From contig NW_008805072.1 in assembly GCF_000004825.1 (NCBI RefSeq), forward strand, positions 684,435-748,434: a stretch of DNA of 64,000 nucleotides, read 5' to 3'. Both the position numbers and the translations under genes were made by a program. The notes beneath the pieces are model-generated. The model searched no databases, had not been told where the DNA came from, and saw nothing but the letters and a program-made list of their open reading frames with translations. The stretch's first letter is position 1. Each line of letters starts with the position of its first letter. Below, piece by piece: positions 62,922 to 64,000 of this stretch. The DNA comes from Heterostelium pallidum (Eukaryota).

Positions 62922-64000
62922 TTATTGTATCAAATTTGGAATTTGCTGTTGTTGTTCTTGTATTTCTTGAGCTTGTTGTTCTTGTTGTTGTTGTTGTTCT
63001 TGTTGCTGTTGCTGTTGTTGTTGTTCTTGATCTTGTTGCTGTTGCTGTTGTTGTTGTTGCGCTGGCTGTTGGAAATATCTATAGTTATTAATTCGATTTG
63101 TTAGAACAGCTGGTATTTCAAAGTTGAAAAGACAAAGAACTAAAAGATATTCGGTGGTTGTATATGATACACAAAAAGCAATAGGATGGAATCCAGATGG
63201 AAATATAATGATATAATACGCTAATAAATATAAAGTTGAAAGGAATAAAAATGGATAATATCTTATACTTTCTTGAGAATGTAAACTAATTATAATCAAA
63301 ATATAAATATCATTAATAAAACAATTATTAATACAGCTACCAACTACAACAACTTAACTTACCCCATTGAAGAGAAATAGGATGCAATCAAAGAACATGT
63401 TAAAAATATTAGATATTCAGTTTGAACGAAAAATGAAAACATATAGATTCCTCCTATTTGTAACTGTGATAATAACCAGTTAATTAATTGATGTGGATTT
63501 GGTTTAGTTAGACGAATATAGATCTTTATTGTGAATTCATTGATTATACTTACAATTACAAAGATGAAACCTATAATCCAATTGTGAATCATAAATATAT
63601 GTAAGCCAATAGTAGGATCAAACACTCTTGTGATAAAAAACTCGCAAATCCTCAGTCCAACTCCGAATATGATGATGTTGGAAAAGAATACAAAATTAAC
63701 TTTTATAATACACTGAACTAAATAAAATATAAATTCTAGAATAGTAGCAGTAGTTTGTTTTGGTTAGATCGATCTCTTGGTTCGATTATCTTTAACAACT
63801 TACCAAAAGAAAAATCTTTTTCAGGTGATCGGTAGTTGGACAAATCGAAAAAAGTGTTGTCCTCAGACTTGAGGTAGCCGCCTTTGAATCCGTTCACCAT
63901 ATTGTTGATCATGACTACGTCGTAACCCAACACTCGCAAGAGCATCTTGTGATACTGTCCACCAAAACATGTTAAATTCGTAAACAAATCGATGTGGTGT
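62922..64000 (-). CDS. Multi-pass membrane protein, 3' part; the 5' end is beyond the window. It is split into three or more exons (about 63736-64000, 63359-63700, 62922-63300) with a C-terminal poly-Q/E tail
   Basis: Three minus-strand ORF pieces carry several hydrophobic helices. They link through GTAAGT donors at 63748 and 63356 and T-rich TAG acceptors. The tail is QQPAQQQQQQQQQDQEQQQQ. The family was not recognised. Confidence 0.5.

Overview
This window is nuclear DNA from a eukaryote, almost certainly a dictyostelid social amoeba (Dictyostelium-like), and it is not a prokaryotic island. The evidence is in the sequence itself. Intergenic DNA is 80-90% A+T. Introns have GTAAGT, GTATGT or GTATGA donors and T-rich tracts ending in TAG or CAG, and run about 56-270 nt. 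Start codons sit in AAAATG contexts. CAA-encoded poly-Q and AAT-encoded poly-N tracts run inside genes, and A/T homopolymer runs of 20-30 nt lie between them.

I joined ORF-track pieces across canonical splice sites, checking codon phase at every junction and re-reading the coordinates against the numbered sequence lines. That gave 26 protein-coding gene models. In window order they are: a half-size ABCA transporter (3' end off the window), ribosomal protein S24, a CMC1-like twin-Cx9C protein, TATA-binding protein, COP9 signalosome subunit 8, a PTEN-family phosphatase, an AT-hook nuclear protein, a STE20/MST-like kinase with a repeat tail, a Frizzled-like 7TM receptor, glutaryl-CoA dehydrogenase, a MROH1-like HEAT-repeat protein (5' exon unresolved), major vault protein, an FHIP (FTS-Hook-interacting) homologue, a secreted Cys-rich repeat protein, a coiled-coil protein, a LIM protein with Pro-rich repeats, a B-box/coiled-coil/propeller protein, Ykt6, squalene epoxidase, a Cys-rich GPI-anchored (ponticulin-like) protein, a DPP8/9-like peptidase, an ankyrin-repeat protein, a helical-repeat protein, an F-box protein, a Pmp-repeat membrane protein, and a partial multi-pass membrane protein at the right edge.

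I found no rRNA, tRNA, CRISPR array, operon, or clear transposon. Nothing here resembles a prokaryotic defence island or any other obviously novel multi-gene system. The unusual items are reported as findings: a kinase tail of nine tandem YSTVVTKDDNGN repeats, a PTEN paralogue with a divergent P-loop, a perfect 97-bp hairpin palindrome in a bidirectional promoter, a TTGTCAATC repeat/palindrome cluster next to the vault gene, a Ykt6 CCaaX box that is not at the C-terminus, a duplicated gene-end fragment, a 3.2-kb gene desert with GC-rich islands, and a GC-rich island in the rps24 promoter.
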